A stretch of 64,000 nucleotides of DNA from an uncultured Solirubrobacterales bacterium. GTDB taxonomy: Bacteria > Actinomycetota > Thermoleophilia > Solirubrobacterales > 70-9. A program made the translations under genes and the position numbers. The notes below the pieces were generated by a model. The model had not been told where the DNA came from, ran no database searches, and saw only the letters and a program-made list of their open reading frames with translations. Where the stretch lies: positions 692,107 through 756,106 of the forward strand of contig CAWAFH010000018.1 in NCBI GenBank assembly GCA_963781265.1. The letters run 5' to 3'. Positions 1-10,422 of this stretch are shown here, piece by piece (positions within the stretch are counted from its first letter, which is position 1; each line of letters starts with the position of its first letter).

Positions 1-119
1 ACCGACCGCGCGCCCGCGGCATCGAGACAGGCCCAGACGATCTCGCCGAGGTTGGCGAGGGTGCAGTCGAAGCTGTCCAGACGATCCGTGATCGTCCAGC
101 CGGGGGTTTCTGGGGGCAA
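1..119 (-). CDS. partial CDS (first ~39 codons only), unknown product
   Basis: Minus-strand frame reads (TTG)-PPETPGWTITDRLDSFDCTLANLGEIVWACLDAAGARS out of the window edge. A GGAGAGAG Shine-Dalgarno-like run lies just upstream of the TTG at 117-119. Not in the ORF track because it is truncated. Confidence 0.3.
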   Translation of the reverse strand, partial: MPPETPGWTITDRLDSFDCTLANLGEIVWACLDAAGARS

Positions 120-192
120 CGTCTCTCTCCGAACGGTGGGCCGGGTTTGCAGGTGAAATCCTAAGGCATGGGCGCGGCGCGGCCGCGCCGGG

Positions 193-972
193 TCAGTGCT
201 CGAGAACGAGGCCGAGGAATTGTCGCGTGCGCTCGTGCTTCGGGTTGTCGAGGACCTCGGCCGGCGGGCCCTGCTCGACGATCACGCCCTGGTCCATGAA
301 CACGACCCGGGTCCCGACCTCGCGCGCGAAGCCGATCTCGTGGGTGACGACGATCATCGTCATGCCCTCCTCGGCAAGCTCGCGCATGACATCGAGCACC
401 TCCTTGACGAGCTCCGGATCGAGCGCCGAGGTGACCTCGTCGAAGAGCATCACGGTCGGGTCCATCGCCAACGCTCGCGCGATCGCGACGCGTTGCTGCT
501 GACCGCCGGACAGCCGGTCGGGGAACTCGTCGAGCTTGTCGGCGAGACCGACCCGGGCGAGCAGCGAGCGCGCTTTGTCGCCGGCCTCCTCCGAGGAGCG
601 GTCGAGGACCTTCTGCTGGGCGAGGCGGACGTTGTCCATCGCGCATTTGTGCGGAAACAGGTTGAACTGCTGAAACACCATCCCGACCCGGCGGCGGACG
701 AAGTCCACGCCCTCGGTCGCGTCGGCGCCGGTGATCTCCTGGCCCTCCAGCAGTATGTGGCCGTCCTCGGGCGGCTCCAGCAGGTTGATGCAGCGCAGCA
801 GCGTGGACTTGCCCGAGCCGCTGGGGCCGAGCACGCAGACCACCTCGCCGCGCTGGATCTCGAGGTCGACTCCCCGCAGGACCTCGAGCCTGCCGAAGCG
901 CTTGCACACGTTGTGCAGCGCCAGCATCGGGCCGCCGTTGGCGGCAGCCGCGGGCGTCGCCTCGGCGCTCAT
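193..972 (-). CDS. polar amino-acid ABC transporter ATP-binding protein (GlnQ/HisP-like)
   Basis: Walker [12 protein letters not shown] signature LSGGQQQR, Walker B MLFDE. 4-nt overlap with the upstream permease gene. Confidence 0.93.
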   Translation of the reverse strand: MSAEATPAAAANGGPMLALHNVCKRFGRLEVLRGVDLEIQRGEVVCVLGPSGSGKSTLLRCINLLEPPEDGHILLEGQEITGADATEGVDFVRRRVGMVFQQFNLFPHKCAMDNVRLAQQKVLDRSSEEAGDKARSLLARVGLADKLDEFPDRLSGGQQQRVAIARALAMDPTVMLFDEVTSALDPELVKEVLDVMRELAEEGMTMIVVTHEIGFAREVGTRVVFMDQGVIVEQGPPAEVLDNPKHERTRQFLGLVLEH

Positions 973-1790
973 ACAGTCACCCCGCCGCCTTCGCCGAGCG
1001 CCGGGTCGGCCGGGACAGTGTCGCCGTCACCGCCACCGGAGCCACCGCGGCCGACCTTACGTTCCTCACGGGCGATCAGGTAGTCGACCAGGCGCGCGAG
1101 CGGGATCGTGACGATCAGGAAGAGGATCGCGCCCATCACCAGGCCGGAGCCGTTGTAGACCTCCGACTGGATGTCGCGGCCGGCCTGGACCACCTCGACG
1201 GCCCCGAGGACGCTGACCAGGGAGGTGTCCTTCATCAGCGCGATGAAGTCGTTCAGCAGCGGCGGGACCACCCGGCGCACGGCCTGGGGGACGATCACGA
1301 ACCGCATCGCCTGCCCGTGGCTCATGCCGAGCGAGCGCGCGGCCTCCATCTGGCCGCGCGGGACCGACTCGATTCCGGCGCGATAGACCTCGGCCATGTA
1401 GGCGCCGTAGGTGATCGTGAGCCCGAAGACGCCGTACCAGAACGGCGAGGTCTGCCCGAACCAGGTCGGGCTGGCGATCGACTTGGGCAGCACCTCGCCG
1501 CCGATCGGCGCGCCGAAGACCGAGAGACCGGAGATCAGCAGCAGGACCAGCAACAGGGGGATCCCTCGAAAGACGTCGATGTACCCGATCGCGAGCCAGC
1601 GGACCGGTGCCAGCGCTTTCCCCGGCAACTGGCGCAAGACGGCGAGGATCAGGCCCCAGGTGAGACCGAGGATTCCGGAGATGATCGAGAGCTTGATCGT
1701 GATCCAGAAGCCATTCAGGAGCGCTTCGAAGTTCCCGTCGGAGAAGACGACGTTCTTGAAGTCGAAGTAGTAGTCGATGATGAAGTTCAT
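969..1790 (-). CDS. amino-acid ABC transporter permease (His/Glu/Gln/Arg/opine family)
   Basis: 273-aa multi-TM ORF with an EAA-type loop ([23 protein letters not shown]). Operonic with the ATPase and binding protein. Confidence 0.9.
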   Translation of the reverse strand: MNFIIDYYFDFKNVVFSDGNFEALLNGFWITIKLSIISGILGLTWGLILAVLRQLPGKALAPVRWLAIGYIDVFRGIPLLLVLLLISGLSVFGAPIGGEVLPKSIASPTWFGQTSPFWYGVFGLTITYGAYMAEVYRAGIESVPRGQMEAARSLGMSHGQAMRFVIVPQAVRRVVPPLLNDFIALMKDTSLVSVLGAVEVVQAGRDIQSEVYNGSGLVMGAILFLIVTIPLARLVDYLIAREERKVGRGGSGGGDGDTVPADPALGEGGGVTV

Positions 1791-1889
1791 GGCTTCTCCA
1801 GGCTTTTGGCCACCAGCCTATTCGGAACGAAAGGGGGCGCCAACCTCGGCGCCCCCTGTCCAGTTCGATGGATGTGCGTCGACGTGGGC

Positions 1890-2750
1890 TCAGCTACCCG
1901 GGTTCGTCGTGGTCCCGTTGAGGACCGATTCCGGCGGATCCGTCTTGAAGTACTGCTGGTACAGATCCGTGAGCGTGCCGTCGTCCTTGAGGTCGCTGAG
2001 CGCGCCGTTGACGGCGTCGAGCAGCTCCGGGTTCTCCTTCGAGAGGGCGATCCCGTAGAGCTCGTTGGTCGGGATCTCGGCGGCGATCTCGACGCCGCCC
2101 TGCTTCTCGACCGCGTCGACCGCGACGGGCTGATCGATGATCGCCGCGTCGACCTGACCGGTGGTCACGGCCGCGATCGCGTCCGGGCCCTCCGGGTAGC
2201 CGCGAACCTCGGCGGCATCGGTCTCGTCGTTGGCGTACGTCTCGCCGGTGGTCGCGTCCTGCGCGCCGACGATCTTGCCGGCGAGGTCGTCGACCGAGGT
2301 GATGTCGGAGCCCTCCGGCACGACCAGCGCCTGCTGCGCCTCGTAGTACGGGTCCGAGAAGTTGACCGTCTTCTGGCGGCCTGGCGTGATCGTCGAGGCG
2401 GCGACGACGACGTCGAACTGATCCGCGGCGACGTTGCGGAAGATCGTGTCGAACGAGGTGTCCTGGAACTCCGGCGTCAGCCCGAGGCGGTCGGCGATGT
2501 CGTTCGCGAGGTCGATGTCGAAGCCGCCGAAGTCGGCGTCGGCCGGCGTCCCGATCTCGAACGGCGGGTACGGCGCGTCCGTGCCGATCAGGAGCGTCCC
2601 GTCGGTGATCGTGGAGAAGCTTCCCGAGCTCGCGGTCGTGTCGGAGCCGGAATCGGAGGTGGTGTTGTCGTCGCTACCGCAGCCGGCGGCGATCATGGCG
2701 GTGATTGCAATCGCCAGGGCGGCGATCAGGATCGGCAGACGCGATCTCAT
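1890..2750 (-). CDS. amino-acid ABC transporter substrate-binding lipoprotein
   Basis: Signal peptide with lipobox (MIAAGC). Family-3 solute-binding motifs (GFDIDLANDIA, periplasmic-binding fold length). Confidence 0.88.
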   Translation of the reverse strand: MRSRLPILIAALAIAITAMIAAGCGSDDNTTSDSGSDTTASSGSFSTITDGTLLIGTDAPYPPFEIGTPADADFGGFDIDLANDIADRLGLTPEFQDTSFDTIFRNVAADQFDVVVAASTITPGRQKTVNFSDPYYEAQQALVVPEGSDITSVDDLAGKIVGAQDATTGETYANDETDAAEVRGYPEGPDAIAAVTTGQVDAAIIDQPVAVDAVEKQGGVEIAAEIPTNELYGIALSKENPELLDAVNGALSDLKDDGTLTDLYQQYFKTDPPESVLNGTTTNPGS

Positions 2751-2775
2751 CTTGTTTTCAGTCCCCTCTCTGGGC

Positions 2776-4473
2776 CTAGTGGACGGCTTGTTCGGATTGA
2801 GTTTTACGCTTTTGCGCTCGCGGGATCAGCCCGGCGGACGTTCGGGCGCCCGTGCTTCGACGATTGCGGTGCCGGCAACGCTGCGTTGCGAAGCCGAAAG
2901 AGCCACGCGGTCCAGACCGCCCGCGCCCGACCCGGCCGACGGCCAGTTCGTCGCCGATCCGCTCGAACCCGATCTCGGCTTCGGCCTGCCAGCGCTCCAG
3001 GACCCAGCGCTCGCCGGAGCGGGCCGCGTCGTCGAGGACGACCGTCGCCCCGGGCGCCAGGCGCCGACCGAGGACGGGCAGCGCCGGGTAGCGGCTGCGC
3101 TCGCGCCCCGGCTCGCCGCCCGGAGGGCCGTCCACGAGGAGCAGGTCGATCGGCTCGCCGAGCCGCTCGACCGCTGCGGGCGAGTACCACTCGCAGCCCG
3201 GCTCCGCGAACGGGTTGGGCGTGAGCGGCGCGTCGATCACCTCGGTCCATCGGTCGAGCCCCTCGGCCTCGAGCCGCCGGCGGACCTCGCCCGCCCATGC
3301 CGGGTAGTGCTCCAGCGCCTGGAGGCGCCCACCGCCCCGCGCGCGCAGGAGCCGGGCGATCGCGATCGTGCTCTCGCCGGATCCGCATTCGACCACCAGC
3401 GGGTCGCCGGCCGGCACGAGGGTGAGCAGGGCCTCGAGCGCCGGCGCCGAGAGCGCCCAGCCGTCGAGTTGAAGCGGCCGCGCCCGATCGTGCAGGGAGC
3501 GCAGCAGCGCCCCCGCCCCGGCGGGCGGCCCGGCCGGGCGGTCGAGCCCGCGCGCGGCCCGCGCCCGGCGGCGGACGATCTCGGCGTCGATCGCCGCGGT
3601 CGGGCCGCCCGAGATGCGGTGCGGAGCGTCGGTCGCGTAGTAGGCGGCGATCGCCGGCAGCACGAGCGGGTCGGCGTCGGTGGTGAGCCGGGCGAGCAGG
3701 TCCCAGTCGCCCATCAGCGTCAGCTGCGGGTCGAAGCGCGCCTCCGGGAGACCGGCGCGATGGGCGATCGCCGAGGTGTCGGCCGGGTTCGCCTCGGTGA
3801 TTCCCTCCCGGTCGTAGGGGTTGAGGTAGATACTCGGGAGCGTGCCGCCGATCGGGCTCGCGGTCCTGGCGATGTCGTCGACCACCAGAGCCCCGTAGAC
3901 GACGTCCGTCTCCGGGCGCTGCTCGAACGCCCAGACGACGCTCTTGAGCCAGCCCGGGTGCATGCGGTTGTCGTCGTCGAGGTAGGCGACGAGCTCGCCG
4001 CGCGCATCGGCGAGCGCCGCGTTGCGCGCCGCGCCCGGGCCGCGCCCGTCGCCCTTGGTCGCCCGCAGGGACCGCACGCGCTCGTCGTCGATGGCGTCGA
4101 GCAGCGCCGCGGTCTCGTCCTCGCTCTCGTCGTCGGCGACCACGAGCTCGAACCGGCCATAGGTCTGGGCGAGCACCGAGTCGATTGCGCGGGACAGCAG
4201 CCCGGCCCGGTTGCGGGTCGCGATCACGACACTCACGAGCGGCGAGCTGCTCAGGGTCGCCTGCTCGATCCAGGCCATCGTCGGCGCGACCGAGTCGAGC
4301 GGTCGCCGCGCGAGCACGGCGAGCGCCGCCTCGGCCGCGGCGGCGCGCTCGCCGAGTCCGTCGACCCGGCGGTCGAGCTCGGCGAACCGGCCGTCCGCCT
4401 CGCCGCGGCCGATCAGCCGGCGGCGCGCCAGCCGCCGCCAGCCGCGCGCTGAATTGCCTCCCGGATCCTGCAT
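2776..4473 (-). CDS. bifunctional family-2 glycosyltransferase / class I SAM-dependent methyltransferase fusion
   Basis: N-terminal half has GT2 motifs (VSVVIATRNRAGLL...AQTY..FELVVADDES, YLDDDN). C-terminal half has methyltransferase motif I (VVECGSGESTIAIARLL) and LLLVDGP. The exact start is uncertain. Confidence 0.8.
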   Translation of the reverse strand: MQDPGGNSARGWRRLARRRLIGRGEADGRFAELDRRVDGLGERAAAAEAALAVLARRPLDSVAPTMAWIEQATLSSSPLVSVVIATRNRAGLLSRAIDSVLAQTYGRFELVVADDESEDETAALLDAIDDERVRSLRATKGDGRGPGAARNAALADARGELVAYLDDDNRMHPGWLKSVVWAFEQRPETDVVYGALVVDDIARTASPIGGTLPSIYLNPYDREGITEANPADTSAIAHRAGLPEARFDPQLTLMGDWDLLARLTTDADPLVLPAIAAYYATDAPHRISGGPTAAIDAEIVRRRARAARGLDRPAGPPAGAGALLRSLHDRARPLQLDGWALSAPALEALLTLVPAGDPLVVECGSGESTIAIARLLRARGGGRLQALEHYPAWAGEVRRRLEAEGLDRWTEVIDAPLTPNPFAEPGCEWYSPAAVERLGEPIDLLLVDGPPGGEPGRERSRYPALPVLGRRLAPGATVVLDDAARSGERWVLERWQAEAEIGFERIGDELAVGRVGRGRSGPRGSFGFATQRCRHRNRRSTGARTSAGLIPRAQKRKTQSEQAVH

Positions 4474-4542
4474 GCGCAGGCAACCTACCGGCGCCCGCAG
4501 CGAGCCGGGAGCGCGCTCCGCGACCTCACTACACTTCCTGAA

Positions 4543-5511
4543 GTGATGCTCGAGTCGTCACTCAACCGGCCCTGCGGGGGCCGCTACGGCAACGTGATCG
4601 AGGCGGTCGGCAACACGCCGTTGGTCGAGCTGCCGCGCCTCTCGCCGAAGCCGGGGGTGAGGATCTTCGCGAAGCTCGAGGGCCGCAACCCGACGGGCTC
4701 GGTCAAGGACCGGGTCGCGAAGGCGATGATCGAGGCGGCCGAGGCCGAGGGCGCGATCGCGCCCGGCCAGACCGTGCTCGAGCCGACCTCGGGCAACACC
4801 GGGATCGCGCTCGCGATGATCTGCCGCCGCAAGGGCTATCCGTTCAAGGCGGTGATGCCCGACAACGTCACCGAGGAGCGCTCCCAGCTGCTGCGGATGT
4901 TCGGCGCCGAGATCGTCTACTCCGAGGGCGCCAAGGGCTCGAACGGATCGGTCGAGCTGGCACTCGACATGGTCGGCTCCGACGCGTCGTACTACATGCC
5001 GTACCAGTACGGCAACGAGGCGAACCCGCGCGCCCACTACAACGGCACCGCGGTCGAGATCCTCGACGAGCTCGACGAGGTCGCCGCCTTCGTCGCCGGC
5101 CTCGGCACCGGCGGCACGCTGATGGGCAACGGCCGCCGGCTCAAGGAGGCCGACCCCGAGACGAAGATCGTCGCCGCCGAGCCGATGCAGGGCGAGCTCG
5201 TTCAGGGCCTGCGCTCGCTCGACGACGGCTTCATCCCACCGATCATCGACCTCTCGGTGCTCGACCGAAAGATCATGGTCTCGAACCGCGACGCGATCCT
5301 CTGGACCCAGAAGCTGCTGCACGAGGAGGGCCTGTTCGCCGGCGTCTCGGCGGGTGCCGTGGCGGCGATCTGCGTGCGAATCGCCGGCGAGCTCGACGGT
5401 GGCAACGTCGTCTTCCTCGTCCCCGACGACGGCTGGAAGTACCTCTCCTCGGGCGTCTACACGACTCCGATCGAGGAGCTGGAAGGGATCGACGAGACGA
5501 TCTGGTGGTAG
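4543..5511 (+). CDS. cysM: PLP-dependent cysteine synthase, M. tuberculosis CysM-type (O-phosphoserine sulfhydrylase-like)
   Basis: GNTPLVEL, RNPTGSVKDR (PLP lysine), EPTSGNTG and GLGTGGTL motifs. End-to-end resemblance to mycobacterial CysM, including the YQYGN and DDGWKYLS segments. Confidence 0.88.
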   Translation: MMLESSLNRPCGGRYGNVIEAVGNTPLVELPRLSPKPGVRIFAKLEGRNPTGSVKDRVAKAMIEAAEAEGAIAPGQTVLEPTSGNTGIALAMICRRKGYPFKAVMPDNVTEERSQLLRMFGAEIVYSEGAKGSNGSVELALDMVGSDASYYMPYQYGNEANPRAHYNGTAVEILDELDEVAAFVAGLGTGGTLMGNGRRLKEADPETKIVAAEPMQGELVQGLRSLDDGFIPPIIDLSVLDRKIMVSNRDAILWTQKLLHEEGLFAGVSAGAVAAICVRIAGELDGGNVVFLVPDDGWKYLSSGVYTTPIEELEGIDETIWW

Positions 5512-5584
5512 GCGCGCCGCGCCCCGCGCGCCCCGGCGGGTGAGCGGACCGAAGCCTTCCGCCGGCTCGAGCGTTCGCTCTAAC

Positions 5585-5794
5585 ATGCGGCCGATGCCGC
5601 CAAGCGAGCTCGAAGCCCAGCGCGAACAGTTTCACCGCGAGCTGATGCGCAAGTCCATGCGGATCGCCGAGCTCGAGCTGCTGCTCGAGCTCACCGAGAA
5701 CCGCTACCGGCGCTCGCTGAGCTGGAGGCTGACCCGGCCCCTGCGCCTCGCGCAGCGGCTGCGCTTGCGCGCCCGGTCCCCGAAGCCCGGCTGA
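5585..5794 (+). CDS. small coiled-coil protein, translationally coupled to the downstream GT2
   Basis: ATG at 5585. 69 aa (MRPMPPSELEAQREQFHRELMRKSMRIAELELLLELTENRYRRSLSWRLTRPLR...). Its stop overlaps the ATG of the next gene (TGATG at 5792-5796). Confidence 0.5.
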   Translation: MRPMPPSELEAQREQFHRELMRKSMRIAELELLLELTENRYRRSLSWRLTRPLRLAQRLRLRARSPKPG

Positions 5795-7464
5795 TGAGGT
5801 CGCGGATCCGCAGGCCGGCGCTGACCCCCCGGGGCCGCGCCCGACGGCGCGAGATCGCCGAGCAGCTGCACGCGCTGGCGGCGCGGCCGCTGATCTCGGT
5901 CGTGATGCCCACCTACGAGACCGACCGCCGGTATCTGCGCGAGGCGATCGAGTCGGTGCGCAATCAGCGGTACCCCGACTGGGAGCTGTGCGTCGCCGAC
6001 GACGGCTCGCGATCGAGCGCGGTCCGCGCCGAGCTCGAGCGCGCCCGCTCGCAGGATCCGCGCATCAAGCCCGCCTATCTGGAGCGCAACGTCGGCATCG
6101 CGGCCGCGACGAACGCGGCCCTCGAGCTCGCGAGCGGCGAGTTCGTCGCCTTCCTCGACCACGACGACGTGCTCTCCTCGGACGCCCTGCTGCGGGTGGC
6201 CGAGGCCCTCGGCGAGGACCCTGAGCTCGACGTCGTCTACTCCGACTCGGACAAGCTGACCGCCCACGGGTCGCGCGCCGACCCGTTCTTCAAGCCCGAC
6301 TGGTCACCCGTCTACGCGCTCGGCGCGATGTACATCGGGCATCTGCTCGTCGTCCGCCGCTCGCTCGCCGAGCGCGTGGGCGGCTTCGATTCGGCCTACG
6401 ACAAGATCCAGGACTTCGAGTTCATGCTGCGCGTCTCGGAGCGCACCGAGCGGATCCGTCACCTGCCGCGGATCCTGTACCACTGGCGGGCGATCCCGGG
6501 CAGCATCGCGGCCGGCGCCGACCAAAAGGATGGGGTTCCCGAGTTGCAGGCGCGAGCGGTGAGCGCCCACCTGGACCGGATCGGCGCGCCGGCGCGCGCG
6601 GTCGAGCATCCGCGGATCCCTCACCGCGCCCAGCTCGCCGCCGATCCACGGCACACGCCGCCGCCCGACGAGCTCGCCGAGCAGGTGACGGTGATCGTTG
6701 CCTGGCGCGGCGGCGACGGCCTCGGCCGGCTGCTCGCCTCCCTGCACGAGGTCGGCGAGCGCCCGCCGGCCGAGGTGATCGTCGCGGGCGCCGACGTGAC
6801 GGAGATCGAGCGCGCGGCGGGCGGTCACCCGGTTCATGCCCTCGCCGACGAGGGCGCCTTGCTCAACCGGGCCCGGGCGTTGAACCTCGCGGCGAAGGCC
6901 GCGAGCACGCCGTGGCTGCTGCTCTGCAGCGACGCCGCCGAGGTGGTCGAGCCGGACTGGCTCACCCAGCTGTGGCTGCACGCGTCGTTGCCCGGCGTCG
7001 CCGCCGCTGGGCCGCTGATCTCGCGTCCCGACGGGCGCGCCGAGGCGGCCGGGTTCGCGATCGGCCTCGACCACCCGGTCGAGCCGATGCTGCCCGGGCT
7101 CGGCGCCGACGAGGACGGCTACTACGGCTCGCTCGTCTGCTCGCGCGACGTCTCCGCGGTCAGCGACGAGTTCATGCTGATCCGCCGGGCTGCCTACGAG
7201 GCCGCCGGTGGCCTCGAGGAGAACTTTCTCACCGGCTATGCCGACTTCGATCTCTGCCAGCGGCTGCGCGCGGAGGGCGGGGGAGTGGTCTACGCGGCGC
7301 GCCCGCGGGTCGTCGTCCACGAGACCCCGGCGGCGCGACGCGAGTCCCTCGACATCGTCGATCGCGCCCTGTTCGTCGATCGCTGGTATGACCGGCTGGC
7401 CGACGGCGACCCGTTCTTCAACCCCAACTTCGCTCGCGCCGAGGCGAGCTTCGTCCCCGGATGA
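5794..7464 (+). CDS. two-domain family-2 glycosyltransferase
   Basis: First GT2 domain: ISVVMPTYETDRRYLREAIESVRNQRYPDWELCVADDGS, FLDHDD. Second Rossmann-like GT2 module begins near VTVIVAWRGGDG. Confidence 0.85.
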   Translation: MRSRIRRPALTPRGRARRREIAEQLHALAARPLISVVMPTYETDRRYLREAIESVRNQRYPDWELCVADDGSRSSAVRAELERARSQDPRIKPAYLERNVGIAAATNAALELASGEFVAFLDHDDVLSSDALLRVAEALGEDPELDVVYSDSDKLTAHGSRADPFFKPDWSPVYALGAMYIGHLLVVRRSLAERVGGFDSAYDKIQDFEFMLRVSERTERIRHLPRILYHWRAIPGSIAAGADQKDGVPELQARAVSAHLDRIGAPARAVEHPRIPHRAQLAADPRHTPPPDELAEQVTVIVAWRGGDGLGRLLASLHEVGERPPAEVIVAGADVTEIERAAGGHPVHALADEGALLNRARALNLAAKAASTPWLLLCSDAAEVVEPDWLTQLWLHASLPGVAAAGPLISRPDGRAEAAGFAIGLDHPVEPMLPGLGADEDGYYGSLVCSRDVSAVSDEFMLIRRAAYEAAGGLEENFLTGYADFDLCQRLRAEGGGVVYAARPRVVVHETPAARRESLDIVDRALFVDRWYDRLADGDPFFNPNFARAEASFVPG

Positions 7465-8690
7465 GCGCGCACTCCACACCGCCCGATCCGATGCGGCTCG
7501 TGATCGTCTACTTCGGCCCCTTTCACGTCAACAGCGCGATCCAGGCGTTCCACTTCGCCCGCGACCTGACCGACGCGGGCTGGACGGTCACGTTCGCAGC
7601 GATCGGCGACCCGGCGCGAATCCGCGAGGTCGGCGAGCCGAACTTCGAGTGCGTCACCCACCGTGATCTCGTCGACGTGCTCGAGCGTTGCCGGCGTGCC
7701 TCCGAGCCGACGATCGTGCTCGCCTGGACGCCGCGCGAGAACGTCCGCCGCGCCACCGAGGACTTCTGCCGCCGGCTGGGCGCCCCGTACGTCATCCACC
7801 TCGAGGACAACGAGTGGTACCTCTACGGCGAGGCGGTCCGGCGGCCGATCGAGCAGGCGCGCCGCCTCACCCTCGCCGAGCAGGACCGGATCACCCCGCC
7901 CACCCTGATCCACCCGACCCATTCCGAGACCTTCATGGCCGGCGCCGCCGGGATCACCGTGATCACCGAGGAGCTGAACGAGTTCAACCACGCGGGGCGC
8001 CCCCACCACATCGCCCGGCCGGGGATCGACTCCGAGAGGTTCCGCCCCGACCTCGAGCCGCCGCTGGGGCGGCGCACGCTCGGCATCGCCCCCGACGAGT
8101 TCGTGCTCGTCTACCACGGCACCGTCCACTACGCCAACCAGCACGAGATGCTGAGCCTCTATCTCGCGGTGAAGCTGCTGCAGCGCCGCGGCCGCAAGGT
8201 GCGGCTCGTGCGGCTGGGCGAGACCGACCTGGGCGGCGTCGACCCGCGCTCCTTCGGGGCCCTGCGCGACGGCGTGATCGAGCTCGGCGCGGTTGGCTGG
8301 CGCGAGATCCCGGGGTTTCTGGCGCTCGCCGACGCCTTCGTGCAGCCCGGTGCCCCGAACGACTTCAACCGCTACCGGCTGCCCTCGAAGCTGCCCGAGT
8401 TCCTCGCAATGGGGCGCCCGGTCGTGCTCCCAAACTGCAACATCGGCCACGACCTCGAGGACGGCCAGGACGCGCTGCTGCTCGAACGGGGCGACGCGCT
8501 CGAGATCGCCGAGCGGCTCGAACAGCTGATCGCCGACCGCGAGTTGCGCGAGCGGCTCTCCGCCGGTGCACGGCGCTTCGCGCTCGAGCGCCTGAACTGG
8601 AAGGATAATTCGATCGCCCTCGGTCGCTTCCTCAATCGGGTCGAAAACGAGCGCCCCTCGGAGCGCGAGCCCGCGCCCCTGGCCGCGTAG
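7461..8690 (+). CDS. GT-B fold glycosyltransferase (family 4/1-like)
   Basis: C-terminal GT1/GT4 signature region (RLPSKLPEFLAMGRPVVLPNCNIGHDLEDGQDALLLERGD). 4-nt overlap with the upstream GT2. Confidence 0.85.
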   Translation: MSAHSTPPDPMRLVIVYFGPFHVNSAIQAFHFARDLTDAGWTVTFAAIGDPARIREVGEPNFECVTHRDLVDVLERCRRASEPTIVLAWTPRENVRRATEDFCRRLGAPYVIHLEDNEWYLYGEAVRRPIEQARRLTLAEQDRITPPTLIHPTHSETFMAGAAGITVITEELNEFNHAGRPHHIARPGIDSERFRPDLEPPLGRRTLGIAPDEFVLVYHGTVHYANQHEMLSLYLAVKLLQRRGRKVRLVRLGETDLGGVDPRSFGALRDGVIELGAVGWREIPGFLALADAFVQPGAPNDFNRYRLPSKLPEFLAMGRPVVLPNCNIGHDLEDGQDALLLERGDALEIAERLEQLIADRELRERLSAGARRFALERLNWKDNSIALGRFLNRVENERPSEREPAPLAA

Positions 8691-8692
8691 CC

Positions 8693-9565
8693 ATGGCCCC
8701 GCGCGCGCTCGAGACCGCCCGCCGGGCGAAGGCGGCAGCCCGGCGGCGGCTGAAGGCCCGGTTGGCGCCCGAGGACGGGATCGCGGAGGGGAGCAACGCG
8801 TCGGCCGCGGCGATCGCCGACGCCGACCTGTGGCCGGCGCGCGACCTCTACCAGGGCAAGTTCGAGCTCGAGCCGATCGGCTATGGCACCGTGCGCGACT
8901 ACGCCGACTCGACCGAGAACCTGCCCGGTCTCGCGGCCGCGAGCGCGGACATGAAGAACCTGCAGCGCTGCTGGACGCTCAAGGCGATCCTCGGCAACGT
9001 CCCGGTCGGCGGACGCCTGCTCGAGATCGGCGCCGGCGAGCCGCTGGTCGCCGGGATCCTCTCGCGGCTCGGCTACGACGTGACGGTCGTCGACCCGTAC
9101 GACGGCAGCGGCAACGGGCCGCGCGAGTTCTCGCTGTTCACGGCCACCTACCCGGACCTCGACTTCATCCGCGACCAGTTCCCGCCCGGGCGCGGGCTCG
9201 ACGGCGGCTTCGACTGCGTCTACTCGATCTCGGTGCTCGAGCATGTGCCCCTCGACGCGATCGACGGCGTCCTCGAAGCGGCTTCCGCGGCGGTCGCCGA
9301 GCGCTCCGGCGCGCAGATCCACGCGGTCGACCACGTGCTCGCCGGGTGGAGCGCCGACTCGCACCGCGAGGGCCTCGAGCGGATCGCCGCCGGGCTCGGG
9401 ATCGGCCCCGAGGCGCTCGCGGCGACGATCGCCGCGATGGAGAGCGACCCGGAGACCTACTTCGTCTCCGCCGAGGCGCACAACCAGTGGCGCGGCTCGG
9501 TCCCCTACGACTCGTACCCGATGCGCAGGATCGGCTCGGTCGAGCTGTTCGCGCGCGGCGGCTAG
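8693..9565 (+). CDS. class I SAM-dependent methyltransferase
   Basis: Motif I LLEIGAGEPLVAGILSRLGYDVTVVD and post-I/II motifs (FDCVYSISVLEHV). Confidence 0.85.
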   Translation: MAPRALETARRAKAAARRRLKARLAPEDGIAEGSNASAAAIADADLWPARDLYQGKFELEPIGYGTVRDYADSTENLPGLAAASADMKNLQRCWTLKAILGNVPVGGRLLEIGAGEPLVAGILSRLGYDVTVVDPYDGSGNGPREFSLFTATYPDLDFIRDQFPPGRGLDGGFDCVYSISVLEHVPLDAIDGVLEAASAAVAERSGAQIHAVDHVLAGWSADSHREGLERIAAGLGIGPEALAATIAAMESDPETYFVSAEAHNQWRGSVPYDSYPMRRIGSVELFARGG

Positions 9566-10422
9566 AGCGCTTCGGCGATCCTCGGCGCCCGGCGGGTGAA
9601 CACGCGCCACGCGACCACGCAGACGACGACGAAGATCGTGATCGCCGGGATCAGGCGCCAGACGCTGCCGGCCGCCTCCGCCGCCGTCGGGGCGTCCGGG
9701 TCGATGATCCACACGCGAGCCTGCTCGAAGATCACCGCGAGCGGGTTGACCATCATCGGCGCCCGGAGCCCGTCGGGCGCGACCTCGATCGGGTAGAGCA
9801 GCGGGGTCGCGTAGAAGAGCACGGTGGCCGCGACCGTCCAGATGATCAGCATGTCGCGGAAGCGCACGTACAGCGCGGAGAGCAGCATCGAGACCGCGGT
9901 GGTCAGCATCGTCAGCGGCAGCAGGACCAGCGGCATCAGCAGCCAGGTCCACATCGGGGCGACGCCGTAGGCGAGGATGAAGATGAAGACGGCGATCATG
10001 TTGAGGCCGAGGTTCATGAGCCCGGTGAGCACGATCGACAGCGGGATCACGAGGCGCGGGAACTGGGTCTTGCGGACGATCCCCTCCTGGGCAACGACGG
10101 AGGTGACGGCGGTGGTCGTCGACTCCTGGAAGAAGCCGAACAGGACGATGTTGAACAGCAGCAGGACCGGATAGTTCGGAACGTCGGAGCCGAGCCGGAA
10201 GATCTGCGTGAAGACGAACAGCAGGACCGCGAACAGCATCAGCGGGCGCAGCAGCGACCAGAAGTAACCGAGCACGGTGCCGAAGTAGGCGCGGCGGAAC
10301 TCGGTCACGGCCATCAGCCAGAGCAGCTCGCCGAAGCGGCGGCTGCCGCCGCCGAGCGCCGACGGCCCGCGGACCGGGCGCAGCTCGAGCGATTCCGGCG
10401 AGGCGCTCACTCGGGCTCCCAT
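9562..10422 (-). CDS. ABC-2 type polysaccharide export permease (Wzm/TagG-like)
   Basis: Only the last 286 codons of track ORF 9562..11529 look real: six hydrophobic helices and ABC-2 family features (EFRRAYFGTVLGYFWSLLRPL). ATG at 10420-10422, 16-nt overlap with the upstream ATPase. Confidence 0.85.
   Translation of the reverse strand: MGARVSASPESLELRPVRGPSALGGGSRRFGELLWLMAVTEFRRAYFGTVLGYFWSLLRPLMLFAVLLFVFTQIFRLGSDVPNYPVLLLFNIVLFGFFQESTTTAVTSVVAQEGIVRKTQFPRLVIPLSIVLTGLMNLGLNMIAVFIFILAYGVAPMWTWLLMPLVLLPLTMLTTAVSMLLSALYVRFRDMLIIWTVAATVLFYATPLLYPIEVAPDGLRAPMMVNPLAVIFEQARVWIIDPDAPTAAEAAGSVWRLIPAITIFVVVCVVAWRVFTRRAPRIAEAL

Noticed and set aside
1317-4452. Very long plus-strand ORFs (1317..3224, 635 aa; 2434..4452, 672 aa) overlapping the ABC importer and GT2-methyltransferase genes
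   Set aside because: Arg/Gly/Asp/Pro-rich low-complexity translations with no motifs, antisense to genes with clear family signatures. These are typical shadow ORFs of GC-rich DNA.
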